The notes below the pieces were generated by a model. It saw nothing but the letters and a program-made list of their open reading frames with translations. It searched no databases and was not told where the DNA came from. 64,000 bases of DNA, taken from IMG/VR virus record IMGVR_UViG_3300005329_000001; one strand, 5' to 3'. Positions 45,101 through 52,881 of the stretch are shown piece by piece. The position numbers were made by a program, and so were the translations under genes. The DNA is from a virus. Its lineage: Duplodnaviria; Heunggongvirae; Uroviricota; Caudoviricetes. Positions within the stretch are counted from its first letter, which is position 1, and each line of letters opens with the position of its first letter.

Positions 45101-45387
45101 ACGGAGACCTCGTCCTTCGCACTGTGGTGGATGAGCACAACCGCAGCCTGAAGCCCGATGAGAAGCCGATCATCGCAAAGCCAGTTATTCGCTCGGCGGA
45201 GCAGGTCGCCCTCGACCAGCACGAAGACTGGATGGCGCGTCTCAACTTCGAGCGTTTGCGGCAGACCATTCTCGAGGGTGCGTCTCGAGGCTGGAAGAGC
45301 AACATCCACGGGCCCAACCCCGTTCCCGCCTATGTCTTCGGTGCGGAGTTCGGCAAGGGCACCAAAGAGAATCCGCACCACTACTAA
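39118..45387 (+). CDS. Single-chain DNA-directed RNA polymerase (fused beta-beta')
   Basis: Beta motifs: SHFGYLDPIHTPE, GYNFEDG, GDKIVGRHGNK, MNPSGVPTRINLGQ, GQLEFYALLAHGA. Beta' motifs: LPVLPPAFRP, LLKRDPALH, YNADFDGDTM (43357-43386), GEPATQLAMDSFHTGG. SD AAGGAG before GTG 39118. Confidence 0.97.
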   Translation: MAGTPAETWKSLQERVESAVKSYFPFEGRAKKLVLHNLSFDDSGAPRDDIRSQEQAKDQKKTWGANVFADVSLIDKATGHELDRTKIKVMTLPKPTNRYSYIVDGSEWQVDSLWRLRSGVYAHIKQNGEMETEFNLAKPFAGKPRIKIPFDPESRKFQFQWGTYHPPLYSVLKVLGVQDEDMKKAWGEDIYKANVPKHPEKDIEELYAKITKNSKQQLQGLTYDQKASAVVAEFHKTGLLPEMTKLVFGKPFDHVNGEALLLGSQRILGVTKGDIPQDDRNSLVFKTLHGTDDFLHEQLTKSKMKRTLAGKVGNNIDRQDKVRDIISGDLFNRPIKEFFTSSMLSKNPEQVNPLEMISNHRATTIMAEEGGIKKEQSVTPDMKLINPSHFGYLDPIHTPESERTGITLHLPIGVKKRGNDPIMQVYDLKAKQFAKVTPAELHRENVLLPDQVVIRDGRPHPIADLVKMKDPITHEMLEKPFSEARYLVVQPSQLYDEATNLIPFLQNNQGNRTMTASRQGTQAVSLHNREQPLVQVLAGGSQTWEKLTGLDWSHNAHHDGKVVEIKTSKENGHAEAIVIQDAAGKRHEEQIYNHFPLNDSKTFIHSTPLVKVGDSVKKGQTLADTNFTRQGSLSLGTNLRVAYLPYKGYNFEDGIVISDSAAKKLTSEHLHRRTLETDPERDEISKSRFIAFASTMSKKLTKDQMSKIGTDGLIRVGQRVEPGDILVAAVGKKDYAGETGRLMSRLSKKAFNLQDRSVVWDSDHPGEVVKVVKLPNNKGAVVHVKTLESAEVGDKIVGRHGNKAIITRILPDHEMPRIGGADGQHVQVLMNPSGVPTRINLGQMLETAASKVAEKTGKPYVVTNFAGPHVDYTSKVKEDLAKNGISDQETLFDPTNGKKLGDVLTGNQYIFKLKHQVEKKLAVRSGGRQGGGSYTVDHAPKGTGAEHPGQGLGQLEFYALLAHGARHNLREMATYKADQHLGDNLDDMNHTDFWDRVRTGQPLPAPRPTFAYKKFENLLTGLGVNIQKQGNELQLMPLTDKGVLALSHGEIKDAGRMLRGKDAKELEKGLFDPKITGGLPDDKGKGLFWSHIKMAEPVPNPVFVGSSKSQLGPAVILSGLRYEDFEAVAKGKKALPNGETGGIAINNLLKKIDVKAELKKTLAELPKLKKDALNKANKKARYLIALDKLNMKPHEAYMMNYLPVLPPAFRPIVPMPDGSLRYDDINQYYHAIGLLNDRLKNPVKELGGASERNVREQLYDAMRAYAGLGGRPVYESNRPMKGILDVVAGDQPKQGYFQKRLMKRRQELSMRSTIIPEPAMHLDYVGLPKEAAMELYKPFVVRELGQVGLNPVNALKAVKENRDIAWKALEKAMDKRPVLLKRDPALHKFSIMAFKPKMVEGKAIQIHPLVTAGYNADFDGDTMSVFVPLTDEAVKESHKMFPSNNLFSSTSGDIMYQPTQESLLGLHLLTKWGKETGKTFPNFLEAQKAKDRGALGMNDVFTIGGKKTTLGRMTINSYFPDGFKANEELLHDSKFTLKKKNVKQLLGNLARQDPKSFALTVDKLKDLGNNYSYEAGFSFGLKDLDVQKGLRDHILHPYDVEAGKIRSSKLSKEEKDAKLVKIYSMATDELEKELLPHFEKTDNKIYTMVYSGARGSTPQFRQITMAPMLMKDGAGGTIPTPVKKSYAEGLDVGDYWTSLHGARMGTLQKVEGTSEPGALTKDVANVMMPTLIVSNDCGTKNGITMNVADVEIQDRVLAKEAKVGKHTLAPGTIITPEVTATLQKHGVDKIIVRSPLKCAHGQGLCAKCYGLSENGHFHEVGTNIGVIAGHALGEPATQLAMDSFHTGGVAASRGAGAVDKFTRLNQLLNVPKILSHSATLSTMEGTVSRIEHDKATNGHYIHIGGERHYVPAVNKVTVAVGDKVFPGHALSDGPINPRELLPLTDIHNVQNYVTNSLHNDVYKDEHVKRRNIETVVRSLTNLARVEDPGDSAHLHGDLVLRTVVDEHNRSLKPDEKPIIAKPVIRSAEQVALDQHEDWMARLNFERLRQTILEGASRGWKSNIHGPNPVPAYVFGAEFGKGTKENPHHY

Positions 45388-45389
45388 TC

Positions 45390-46538
45390 ATGAGCAGACG
45401 CGCTGTAGACGCCTTCCCCAAGAAGCGCTCGTCCTCCACGGCGACGACGGATCTTCGCGACGTTTCCGTTTATCGGGGCCGTGTCGTCAACGTCAACATT
45501 CGGGACTACACGGTGGACACCCGAATGGAGGCTGCGCCCTATACGGTGAAGTTCGACATCCCCTTCATCTCTCCCTACGTGAATCAGAACCAGGGAGAGG
45601 GCATCAACTGGATGCCGGAAGTCGGGTCGGTTTGCTGGGTCTGTGAGCCTTCAGAAGACGGACGAGAGAGCTTCGTTCTTGGCTGGTCTGTGGTGGATGA
45701 GGGCGGCAGCTATCGTGGTGGGCGCTCTCTTCTCAATCCTGGAGACATCGAGCTCAAGACAAGAGACCTGAACTTCGTCACTCTCCGTCGAGGAGGGATC
45801 GTTCAGATCGGCTCTACTCCCATCTGCCAGCGCATCTTCCTACCCATTCGAAACGTGATGCAGGACTTCGCCGAGAACTACGAGCTCCACACCCCGGCTG
45901 GTGACCTCACATGGCAGGTGCAGAGGAAGGATGAAGATTCCGACGGGCACCAGAAGTGTCTGTACCAAATCGCCGCCAAAGAGTTCGCGGACGACTCCAA
46001 TGACAAGACGGTCGCCCTCCTCAAAATCGGTTCCCATGGCGACGGTGACAAGACTATCCTGACGCTGCAAACCCGCGATAAAGGTGGAGGAGACGTCAAG
46101 ATAGGGCTCACCTTCGACAAGGACGGCAACGTCAACTGGACCATGGAAAAGAACTACTCCTTGGTGCTCAACTCAGGTGACCTGACGCTCCAAGCGAAGC
46201 AGGGCAAAGTCTCGGTCTCGTCGAACAAGGCGATGTCGCTCGATAGCCAAGACTCGATGGATCTCCACAGCACAAAGGCGATGGGAATCAAGACGGACGA
46301 CGCGATGACGATCCAGGCCATGCAGAAGCTGGTGCTCAAGGGCACAGCGGGGATCGATATCGACTTGGCGCAATGGCCCGTCTTGCGCAACTCTCCTGAC
46401 TTCATCCAGTTCATCGCTGCAGTCGCTGCTCAGCTTGGAACTCCAGTGACGACGCCCTTCGGCACTCTCGTCGCTGCGAACCCTGGCATCCTCTCGATGA
46501 TTCCCAAAAACCACCAGAACCCGAAGGTGAAGGTCTAA
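45390..46538 (+). CDS. Baseplate central spike (gp5/gpV/VgrG-like) protein
   Basis: N-terminal OB-fold pattern (YRGRVVNV...WMPEVGSVCWV) and C-terminal 8-residue beta-helix periodicity (SMDLHSTK/AMGIKTDD/AMTIQAMQ). Confidence 0.65.
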   Translation: MSRRAVDAFPKKRSSSTATTDLRDVSVYRGRVVNVNIRDYTVDTRMEAAPYTVKFDIPFISPYVNQNQGEGINWMPEVGSVCWVCEPSEDGRESFVLGWSVVDEGGSYRGGRSLLNPGDIELKTRDLNFVTLRRGGIVQIGSTPICQRIFLPIRNVMQDFAENYELHTPAGDLTWQVQRKDEDSDGHQKCLYQIAAKEFADDSNDKTVALLKIGSHGDGDKTILTLQTRDKGGGDVKIGLTFDKDGNVNWTMEKNYSLVLNSGDLTLQAKQGKVSVSSNKAMSLDSQDSMDLHSTKAMGIKTDDAMTIQAMQKLVLKGTAGIDIDLAQWPVLRNSPDFIQFIAAVAAQLGTPVTTPFGTLVAANPGILSMIPKNHQNPKVKV

Positions 46539-46539
46539 C

Positions 46540-48558
46540 ATGAATCTCTTCCTCGATCAGGACTTCAAGCCGACCTTCGAGAAGGTGGCCATGCCGGTGA
46601 AGCTCGGTGACAACACCGAGAACTGGCAGCGGGAGATCGCATCGGAGATCTACAAGCAGCTCCCCTACCTGGCGGACTACTCGGTCAACGTGATGCTCGA
46701 TCGCGTGGATGCCCAGCGGGGCTACGCCTTCGGAGCTGCCGAAGTCACCAATCAGACGGATTCTCCTCTGCCTGATCAGCCGGAGAACTCGGTCAAGATC
46801 CCCATCATCGTCAAGGACCGGCTCATGCAGCCACTGGACGTGATGCTCGATGGCAACGAGGCTCTTCCTCTCAACGAACGCCGCCTGCGGGAGAAGCTCT
46901 TCCGCACGGCCGCCGTCGAGACGTCAACCCGCAAGCCCACCGATCAGGGCATGGTCGACCAGCTCTATCCGCCGATGCGTACCAATTACGGCTACGGCAA
47001 TGCCGTGGCGACTGGCGTTGGTGTTGGCGGCTTCGGCAAGCAGGCGTCAGCGAAGAAGCCCCTGTGCGAGGTGATTGCCTCGACCATCTCTGATCAACAG
47101 TACGAAGCCTTCCTCGAGAAGATCGCCTCCGACGAGGAGACCCGTCTTCTCTTCCTGAAGAACGCGTCGGTTCGGAAGATCTCGAACCGGATGGCGATGG
47201 TTCAGCACATGAGCGTCGAGAAGACGGCTTCGGCGCTGATCCACAGCATCAAGCCGACGGTCGTGCAGATCACCAAGCTCGCCTCGGGCAACTTCAAGGT
47301 GAAGTGGGCCAACGCCGGCGCCTTCGCTCCGCAGGAGATGCAGGCCTCGCCGGACCAGGCTGCCGCCATGGCTGGGCAGGACATGTCGAAAATGCAGCCA
47401 GGTCAGACCATGACGGTCACCACCCAGCGTGCTCAGAAGCAGGGCCTGGACGAGCCGGATGGGGCGCTCATCACTGAGTTCGGTGATTACGCTGTGAAGA
47501 ACGCGGACAGTGGCGAGACTCTGATGGGCACCGTGCTGCCTGTGGTCGACTTCCAGATGCAGCCACTTGAGTTCTTCGTCTTCACTGATGGCCACGGCGC
47601 CTATGGTGCTCAGGACGAGATCATCGGTGTGCGTCAGGAGGGACCTGGCGGCATGGCTCTCGAGGCGGCTCAAGGACAGCAGCCGCAGGGCGACGGCATT
47701 TTCGTCTACCACCCACAGGGTGGTGCCAAGCCATTCTCGACTCTTCCTCTCACCATCGAATCGACCTCGCAGGGCCCGGACGGGATGCTGCAGTACATGG
47801 TCAGCGACGTCTTCGGGGCGCAGATGACCCTCGTCCCCACTCCTGGTATCTCTGCATTCGAGCCGATGGGAGAGGGCGATATGTTCGCCATCCCGGACGA
47901 CATGCAGTGGGTGCCCCTGAGCGGAGAGCCGGTTCACCTGGCCAAGGGTGACACCCCGGACTCGGCGGCCGATGCCAAGAGCTTGCCGAACGAAGTGGCC
48001 GTCAAGTCGACGGGCCCAGGAGAGACGTCTCTCGAGGGCATGCCGGTCATGAAGGTTGCCCGAGACAACCGCTGGTTCTTGAAGACGGCGGAGGCAACGT
48101 TCCTGCTCTGCGCCATGGGCCTTACCCAGGACGAAGCGCAGGAGGTTATCAAGGAAGCGGAGCGTCGCCCCAATAAGCTGGTGAAGCTTGCAGGCCTGAA
48201 CCCCATCGTGCCGCTCGGCGACATCCACGCGAATGCAGAGAAGAAGGCTGCGGCGCTGCTCGAGCAATTCGATTACAGCTTCTGGCGCCGGGACTTGGTG
48301 AAGGAGGCGGCTGCGCTCGAGGACACCGAGACGGCCGACAAGATTCTCGCCATGAACTTCATCAACCCGGAGAACATCTCCATCTTCGCCAGCTACCTCC
48401 CCGACCTCGACACGACATCGACCAAGCTCGCCGAGATGCTGATCGCCTCACGTCTCGGCCTCAACCAGGTCCCGACTGGTGCCGCCGAGCGTGCCATGAA
48501 GAACATGGAAGAGGTGATCGGCGGCCTTCGCTCGCTCCAGCAGAAGGAGCTCGTCTAA
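46540..48558 (+). CDS. Large putative head/core protein with many K-x-A motifs
   Basis: FEKVAM, GKQASA, EKIASD, EKTASA, TKLASG, VKLAGL, EKKAAA and VKEAAA. Confidence 0.6.
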   Translation: MNLFLDQDFKPTFEKVAMPVKLGDNTENWQREIASEIYKQLPYLADYSVNVMLDRVDAQRGYAFGAAEVTNQTDSPLPDQPENSVKIPIIVKDRLMQPLDVMLDGNEALPLNERRLREKLFRTAAVETSTRKPTDQGMVDQLYPPMRTNYGYGNAVATGVGVGGFGKQASAKKPLCEVIASTISDQQYEAFLEKIASDEETRLLFLKNASVRKISNRMAMVQHMSVEKTASALIHSIKPTVVQITKLASGNFKVKWANAGAFAPQEMQASPDQAAAMAGQDMSKMQPGQTMTVTTQRAQKQGLDEPDGALITEFGDYAVKNADSGETLMGTVLPVVDFQMQPLEFFVFTDGHGAYGAQDEIIGVRQEGPGGMALEAAQGQQPQGDGIFVYHPQGGAKPFSTLPLTIESTSQGPDGMLQYMVSDVFGAQMTLVPTPGISAFEPMGEGDMFAIPDDMQWVPLSGEPVHLAKGDTPDSAADAKSLPNEVAVKSTGPGETSLEGMPVMKVARDNRWFLKTAEATFLLCAMGLTQDEAQEVIKEAERRPNKLVKLAGLNPIVPLGDIHANAEKKAAALLEQFDYSFWRRDLVKEAAALEDTETADKILAMNFINPENISIFASYLPDLDTTSTKLAEMLIASRLGLNQVPTGAAERAMKNMEEVIGGLRSLQQKELV

Positions 48559-48573
48559 CCCAGGAGGTCTCTC

Positions 48574-48687
48574 ATGAGTAAGCCGGATGCCGATCGTACG
48601 AAGGAAATGGACGACATCCAAGCAGAGATCCGAAAGGTCGTCGAGCGCATCGACGCTTCATCGAAGAAGAAGACCAAGGAGCCGTGA
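48574..48687 (+). CDS. 37-aa charged peptide (not in ORF track)
   Basis: MSKPDADRTKEMDDIQAEIRKVVERIDASSKKKTKEP; SD AGGAGG; GTGA coupling to the next gene. Confidence 0.6.
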   Translation: MSKPDADRTKEMDDIQAEIRKVVERIDASSKKKTKEP

Positions 48688-49517
48688 CGACACCTCTCTT
48701 CACCGCCTTCTCCGACGAGTTCCAGCAGATCCAGCGACTGAAGCTCGCGAGTCCGCTTGGTGTCGCAAAGTCGTGGTTGAAGGGGCAGTACGCACAGCTC
48801 GGCAACGCCGCGGCCCAGGCATCCCAAGGACACCAGTCCTTCAGCCCGATGCTTGGTCAGCCCGCTCCACCGATCGTCGGAACGATCACCAACTTCCTCG
48901 CCAACAAGCTGCCGACCCCAAAGAAGCCACCGGGGCCGGTCATCGAGGGAGCCAAGCGCCTTCTTAGCTCTAAGCCGGCGAAGACGATCATCCCCCTCAT
49001 CGATCAAACCAGCGAGTTCTTGAAGCTCGCACAGGTCGAGCCCTACCAACAGAAGACACAATACTCATGCTCAGCGGCGTGTCTGAAGGCCGTGCTCGAG
49101 CACTGGGGAGCCGATCGCTTTGCCGAGCACGAGATCATGTACGCCATCGGCGTGCGCGATCGCGGCGGTGCGGAGGTGGACGAGATCACCCGTGGAGCTC
49201 AGAAGCTCGGCTTCGACGCGTACGACAAGTGCTTCTCGTCCCTCGATGAGGCGAAGGCAATCACCGATCAGGGCATCCCGATCATTGCCGACTTCCAAAG
49301 CTTCAACAACCCTGGCAAGGGGCACTACGTCGTCATCACTCAGATCGACGACAATGTGGTCCATCTGATGGACCCCAACACCGATGGCAACCAGCGTGTT
49401 ATTACACGCGCTGAGTGTGAGCAGCGGTGGTGGGACAAGACCATGGCCCCGCCACACAACCTGATGGTGAAGTGGGGAGTGGTGGTCACCCCAAGGAGTG
49501 GCGATGGGACTCGGTGA
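48684..49517 (+). CDS. C39-family cysteine peptidase behind a K-x-A-bounded leader
   Basis: QQKTQYSCSAACL (Cys), GHYVV (His) and LMDP (Asp). Leader begins AFSDEF...KLAS, and EFLKLAQ directly precedes the domain. Confidence 0.85.
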   Translation: MTTPLFTAFSDEFQQIQRLKLASPLGVAKSWLKGQYAQLGNAAAQASQGHQSFSPMLGQPAPPIVGTITNFLANKLPTPKKPPGPVIEGAKRLLSSKPAKTIIPLIDQTSEFLKLAQVEPYQQKTQYSCSAACLKAVLEHWGADRFAEHEIMYAIGVRDRGGAEVDEITRGAQKLGFDAYDKCFSSLDEAKAITDQGIPIIADFQSFNNPGKGHYVVITQIDDNVVHLMDPNTDGNQRVITRAECEQRWWDKTMAPPHNLMVKWGVVVTPRSGDGTR

Positions 49518-49980
49518 CTTCATCAAGACTAACCCACGTGCCTTCCTCACCGGCGTTGGGGCAGTTGCTGGCGGTGCTGGCGGAGCCGTCCGTGGATTGA
49601 CGATGAAGTCCTGGCATGACCAGTGGCGAGATGTAACGCACCACTATGATGCCGAGCAGAGAAAGAAAAACGCGTGGAAGATGGGGCTCGCTGGCGGAAT
49701 CGCTGGCGGTCTCGTCGGGTACACAACTCCCGTTCATACAGTGCCGGCCTCAGCACTCCCCAAAGCAGTCCCGTCGGCCTTCAAAGGCGTAAAGTCGCAG
49801 AAGGACGTGAAGAAGCTCGTCCGCGAGTTCTCGCTCAAGCACCATCCAGATCGCGGCGGTGATGCCAAGAAGTATCGAGAGTTCATCGACGCCTACAACG
49901 CGTTCAAGAAGCATCCCAAGTTCCCGAAGACGGCCATGGTGGCCTTTGTGGACGAGATGCTCCACATCCTCAATCGATGA
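49498..49980 (+). CDS. Membrane-anchored J-domain (DnaJ-type) protein
   Basis: Two Gly-zipper segments, then VKKLVREFSLKHHPDRGGD...YREFIDAYNAF (HPD). C-terminal KTA-MVAFVDEMLHIL. Start may be 49504. Confidence 0.85.
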   Translation: MAMGLGDFIKTNPRAFLTGVGAVAGGAGGAVRGLTMKSWHDQWRDVTHHYDAEQRKKNAWKMGLAGGIAGGLVGYTTPVHTVPASALPKAVPSAFKGVKSQKDVKKLVREFSLKHHPDRGGDAKKYREFIDAYNAFKKHPKFPKTAMVAFVDEMLHILNR

Positions 49981-51434
49981 GTCGTCTCGCTACCAACCTC
50001 GGGAAGATCGCGGGCGTGGCAGGGCTACAGCCCCATCAGCAGCGTGTTGTCGATCGTATCCAGCAGCCTGACCAGCCGGGCTTGGTGGTGGCGCACGGTC
50101 TCGGTTCTGGAAAGACGAGAACTGCGATCGAGGCTCAGAAGGCTCTCAAGATGCCGTCGGACGTCATCGTTCCGGCAGCACTCCAGGCGAATTACCGCAA
50201 GGAGCAGAAGAAGTGGTTGGGCGGAGCCAAGCAGAAGGCTCATGTCCAGTCGATGCAGAACATCACGAGGAAGCGTCAGGCTCCGACGCAGCCCCTGATG
50301 ATCGTCGACGAGGCTCACCGTGCTCGTGAGCCTCAGACGCAGACCTACAAGACGCTGGCGAAGAACGAGGCCGAGAAGCGCCTGCTTCTGACCGGCAGTC
50401 CATTCTACAACCGCCCGTCTGACATTGCGCCACTCGTAGACCTCGCCTCTGGAGCGCCGTTGCTTCCGACGGACCCGGAGCGGTTCAATCAGAGGTTCAT
50501 TCGTCAGAAGAAGATTAGCCCTGGCATCATCAATCGACTCCGCGGCCTCAAGCCGGGTGTCGTTGAAGAGCTGAACCCCAAGCGCCAGGAAGAGCTTCAA
50601 GGCATCTTCGACAAGTGGGTCGACTATCACCCGTCTGCGAAGGAAGACTTCCCCGAGGTCAATCGTGAGGACGTCAAGGTGCCGATGGACCCGAAGCAGC
50701 TCGAGGTCTACGACACCATCCTGAAGAAGGCGCCACCTTGGGTGTCGGCCAAGATCCGCTCTCGTCTGCCTCCCAGCAAGCGGGAATCCCAGCAGCTCAA
50801 CGCCTTCTTGGGGGCCAGTCGGCAAATCGCCAACTCCACTGCTCCCTTTCAGGAGGACGTGAAGAAGGTCTATGAGCCCAAGCTGGACGAAGCCTTCTCT
50901 CGGTTGCAGCAAGAGCTTGCCGCGAACGAGAGGGCAAAGGCTGTCGTCTACTCCAACTACCTCGGCGCAGGCATCAATCCCTACGCCCAGAGGCTTCAAG
51001 AAGCTGGCATCCCCTACGGCGAGTTCACCGGTGAGATGCCGAAGTCGAAGAGGGACGAGCTCGTCAGGCAGTACAACGAGAACAAAATTCGCGCCCTCTT
51101 GCTCTCTTCGGCCGGTGGAGAAGGTCTCGATCTGCAGGGCACTCGACTCATCCAGATGCTAGAGCCTCACTGGAATGATGAGAAGTTGAAGCAGGTTGAG
51201 GGTCGTGGCATCCGTTACAAGAGCCACGCGATGCTTCCCCCAGAAGAGCGGAATGTGAAGGTCCAGCGGTTCTTGGCGACTCGCCGTCCAACCGGCGTTC
51301 TCGAGAAGCTGCGCCTCAAGAAGCCAGGTGGATCGGTCGACGAGTACCTTGCCGCCAGGGCCCAGGAAAAGGAAAACTTGATCCAACAATTCCGGGCCCT
51401 ACTTGAACAACAGCAGCAGCCTGCAGCACAATAG
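49977..51434 (+). CDS. SNF2-related SF2 helicase/ATPase resembling poxvirus D6/D11 (NPH-I)
   Basis: AHGLGSGKT, IVDEAH, LLTGSP, VVYSNY, GGEGLDL, EPHWN and QVEGRGIRYKSH. N-terminal GKIAG. Confidence 0.8.
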   Translation: MSRLATNLGKIAGVAGLQPHQQRVVDRIQQPDQPGLVVAHGLGSGKTRTAIEAQKALKMPSDVIVPAALQANYRKEQKKWLGGAKQKAHVQSMQNITRKRQAPTQPLMIVDEAHRAREPQTQTYKTLAKNEAEKRLLLTGSPFYNRPSDIAPLVDLASGAPLLPTDPERFNQRFIRQKKISPGIINRLRGLKPGVVEELNPKRQEELQGIFDKWVDYHPSAKEDFPEVNREDVKVPMDPKQLEVYDTILKKAPPWVSAKIRSRLPPSKRESQQLNAFLGASRQIANSTAPFQEDVKKVYEPKLDEAFSRLQQELAANERAKAVVYSNYLGAGINPYAQRLQEAGIPYGEFTGEMPKSKRDELVRQYNENKIRALLLSSAGGEGLDLQGTRLIQMLEPHWNDEKLKQVEGRGIRYKSHAMLPPEERNVKVQRFLATRRPTGVLEKLRLKKPGGSVDEYLAARAQEKENLIQQFRALLEQQQQPAAQ

Positions 51435-51439
51435 GCTCC

Positions 51440-52327
51440 ATGCCGATCCGTCATCCTTCAGAGAACTTCATCAAGTTCCTCATCACGACGACTGACCCGC
51501 GAATGCAGGATGACGCCATGGTCAACATGTGGGTGACCATGCTTGGGTTCCCTGAGACGCAGCCGAACTACCTTCAGTGGCTCAGGAACGAAGTCAACCA
51601 GAAGCTCCCGGCTCAGTTCACACCGCACAATCGGTTCCACCGCCCCAGTGTTCGCTTCATGCGACAGGAGGGGATCTACGGCCTCCACAACCCCGACGAA
51701 GCCAGCCATGAGGCGAGCAAGATCACCGTCCACCTTCGCGCCAGGCCACTGGTCGAAGAGCTGCTCCTCGGCCACCACCACTCCGTCACGATAGCTAAAA
51801 AAGTGAATGCCCGCCTCGAGGAGCACTTCACTGCTGATGGGATCGAGGCCTATCGTCACTACTACTGGAACGTGGATCTTCTCCGAGTCGACGAGTGGGC
51901 CATCCTCCTGCAGAACAGAGATGCGCAGCGCTCCAAGACGATGGCCATTCTGCAGGTGGGCCCGGCGATGGCGATGCATCAAGCCGGCTTCTCACAGGAG
52001 ATCGAGGCGAAGGCCATCATGCAGGAGATGCTCGAGGCCAGCTACTTCGACTTCCTCGAGTGGAAGGCCAAGCCGCAGTCGGAGGCGCGGACCAAGATGA
52101 TGGCGACCATCGTCAAGGCTACCGCCCTCCTCGACGAGCGCATGCAAGAAGGTACCTCGTTGGTCAAGGATTCACTCAAGAACTTCGAGAAGTTCCGCAT
52201 GGAGCATGCTCGCAAGAAGGTTCTGGATATGCGGTCTCTGGCTCCAGATGGTAACTTCACAGGGTCAGGGGCGAAGCTGCTCGAAGCACCGGATGAAGAG
52301 AAGGTTGAGAAGAAGGGGAACAAATGA
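51440..52327 (+). CDS. Hypothetical helical protein
   Basis: 295 aa ORF in the operon with typical codon usage; no motif recognised. Confidence 0.6.
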   Translation: MPIRHPSENFIKFLITTTDPRMQDDAMVNMWVTMLGFPETQPNYLQWLRNEVNQKLPAQFTPHNRFHRPSVRFMRQEGIYGLHNPDEASHEASKITVHLRARPLVEELLLGHHHSVTIAKKVNARLEEHFTADGIEAYRHYYWNVDLLRVDEWAILLQNRDAQRSKTMAILQVGPAMAMHQAGFSQEIEAKAIMQEMLEASYFDFLEWKAKPQSEARTKMMATIVKATALLDERMQEGTSLVKDSLKNFEKFRMEHARKKVLDMRSLAPDGNFTGSGAKLLEAPDEEKVEKKGNK

Positions 52328-52881
52328 CGACTCGTGCGGCGTTCGACGAGGCAAAGGACGCCATGGCTTCCATGGACGCCCTCCTCAAGAAGGGGCTCGG
52401 TAAGCCCGGAGTTCAACCACTCGCCGAATTTGTCGGCGGCGGATATGAGCAGGCGATCGAGTACACCCGCGTTGAGCGACCAAAGTACGTCGCCGAAGTC
52501 GGCAAGAGAGATGGGTGCTACATCTACCATTTCTGGCCCCGAACGACTGATCTCTTGCCGACCTTCGGCGACAAGCTGGGCGATGCGATGCTCGCCAGCT
52601 TCAAGTACCCGGAGCGGATAGCCGCGAAGCACGATGAGGTGTGGCGCTGCTTCCAAGGCGACGTAGGCACAACGACAGCTTCGACTCAGCCCCTGTGCCG
52701 CTACTGGGGGGAGGCTGGGGACTTCGCATCAGGGCAGTGCCCAGAGTGCGGCAGCGGCAACGTGGGAGTCTCGATGAGCTCCTGGGCAGTCCGCGTGACG
52801 GGCTATGCAGACAACCCGCTCGCTGACGATCTCGCCGCCAGCGTCTTCGACACCCTAGACCGACTTCTGGAGACCCCATGA
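52324..52881 (+). CDS. Hypothetical protein with CxxC motif
   Basis: ATGA coupling; CPECG. Confidence 0.6.
   Translation: MTTRAAFDEAKDAMASMDALLKKGLGKPGVQPLAEFVGGGYEQAIEYTRVERPKYVAEVGKRDGCYIYHFWPRTTDLLPTFGDKLGDAMLASFKYPERIAAKHDEVWRCFQGDVGTTTASTQPLCRYWGEAGDFASGQCPECGSGNVGVSMSSWAVRVTGYADNPLADDLAASVFDTLDRLLETP

Noticed and set aside
39118-45387. Host chromosomal rpoB-rpoC locus or phiKZ-type RNAP
   Set aside because: No flanking rplK/A/J/L or rpsL, strong divergence and phage structural neighbours rule out a host locus. The intact single chain with cellular-like motifs is unlike the split phiKZ subunits.
48684-49517. Bacteriocin export (PCAT) system
   Set aside because: No ABC transporter or membrane fusion protein is present; the C39 domain stands alone in a virion operon.
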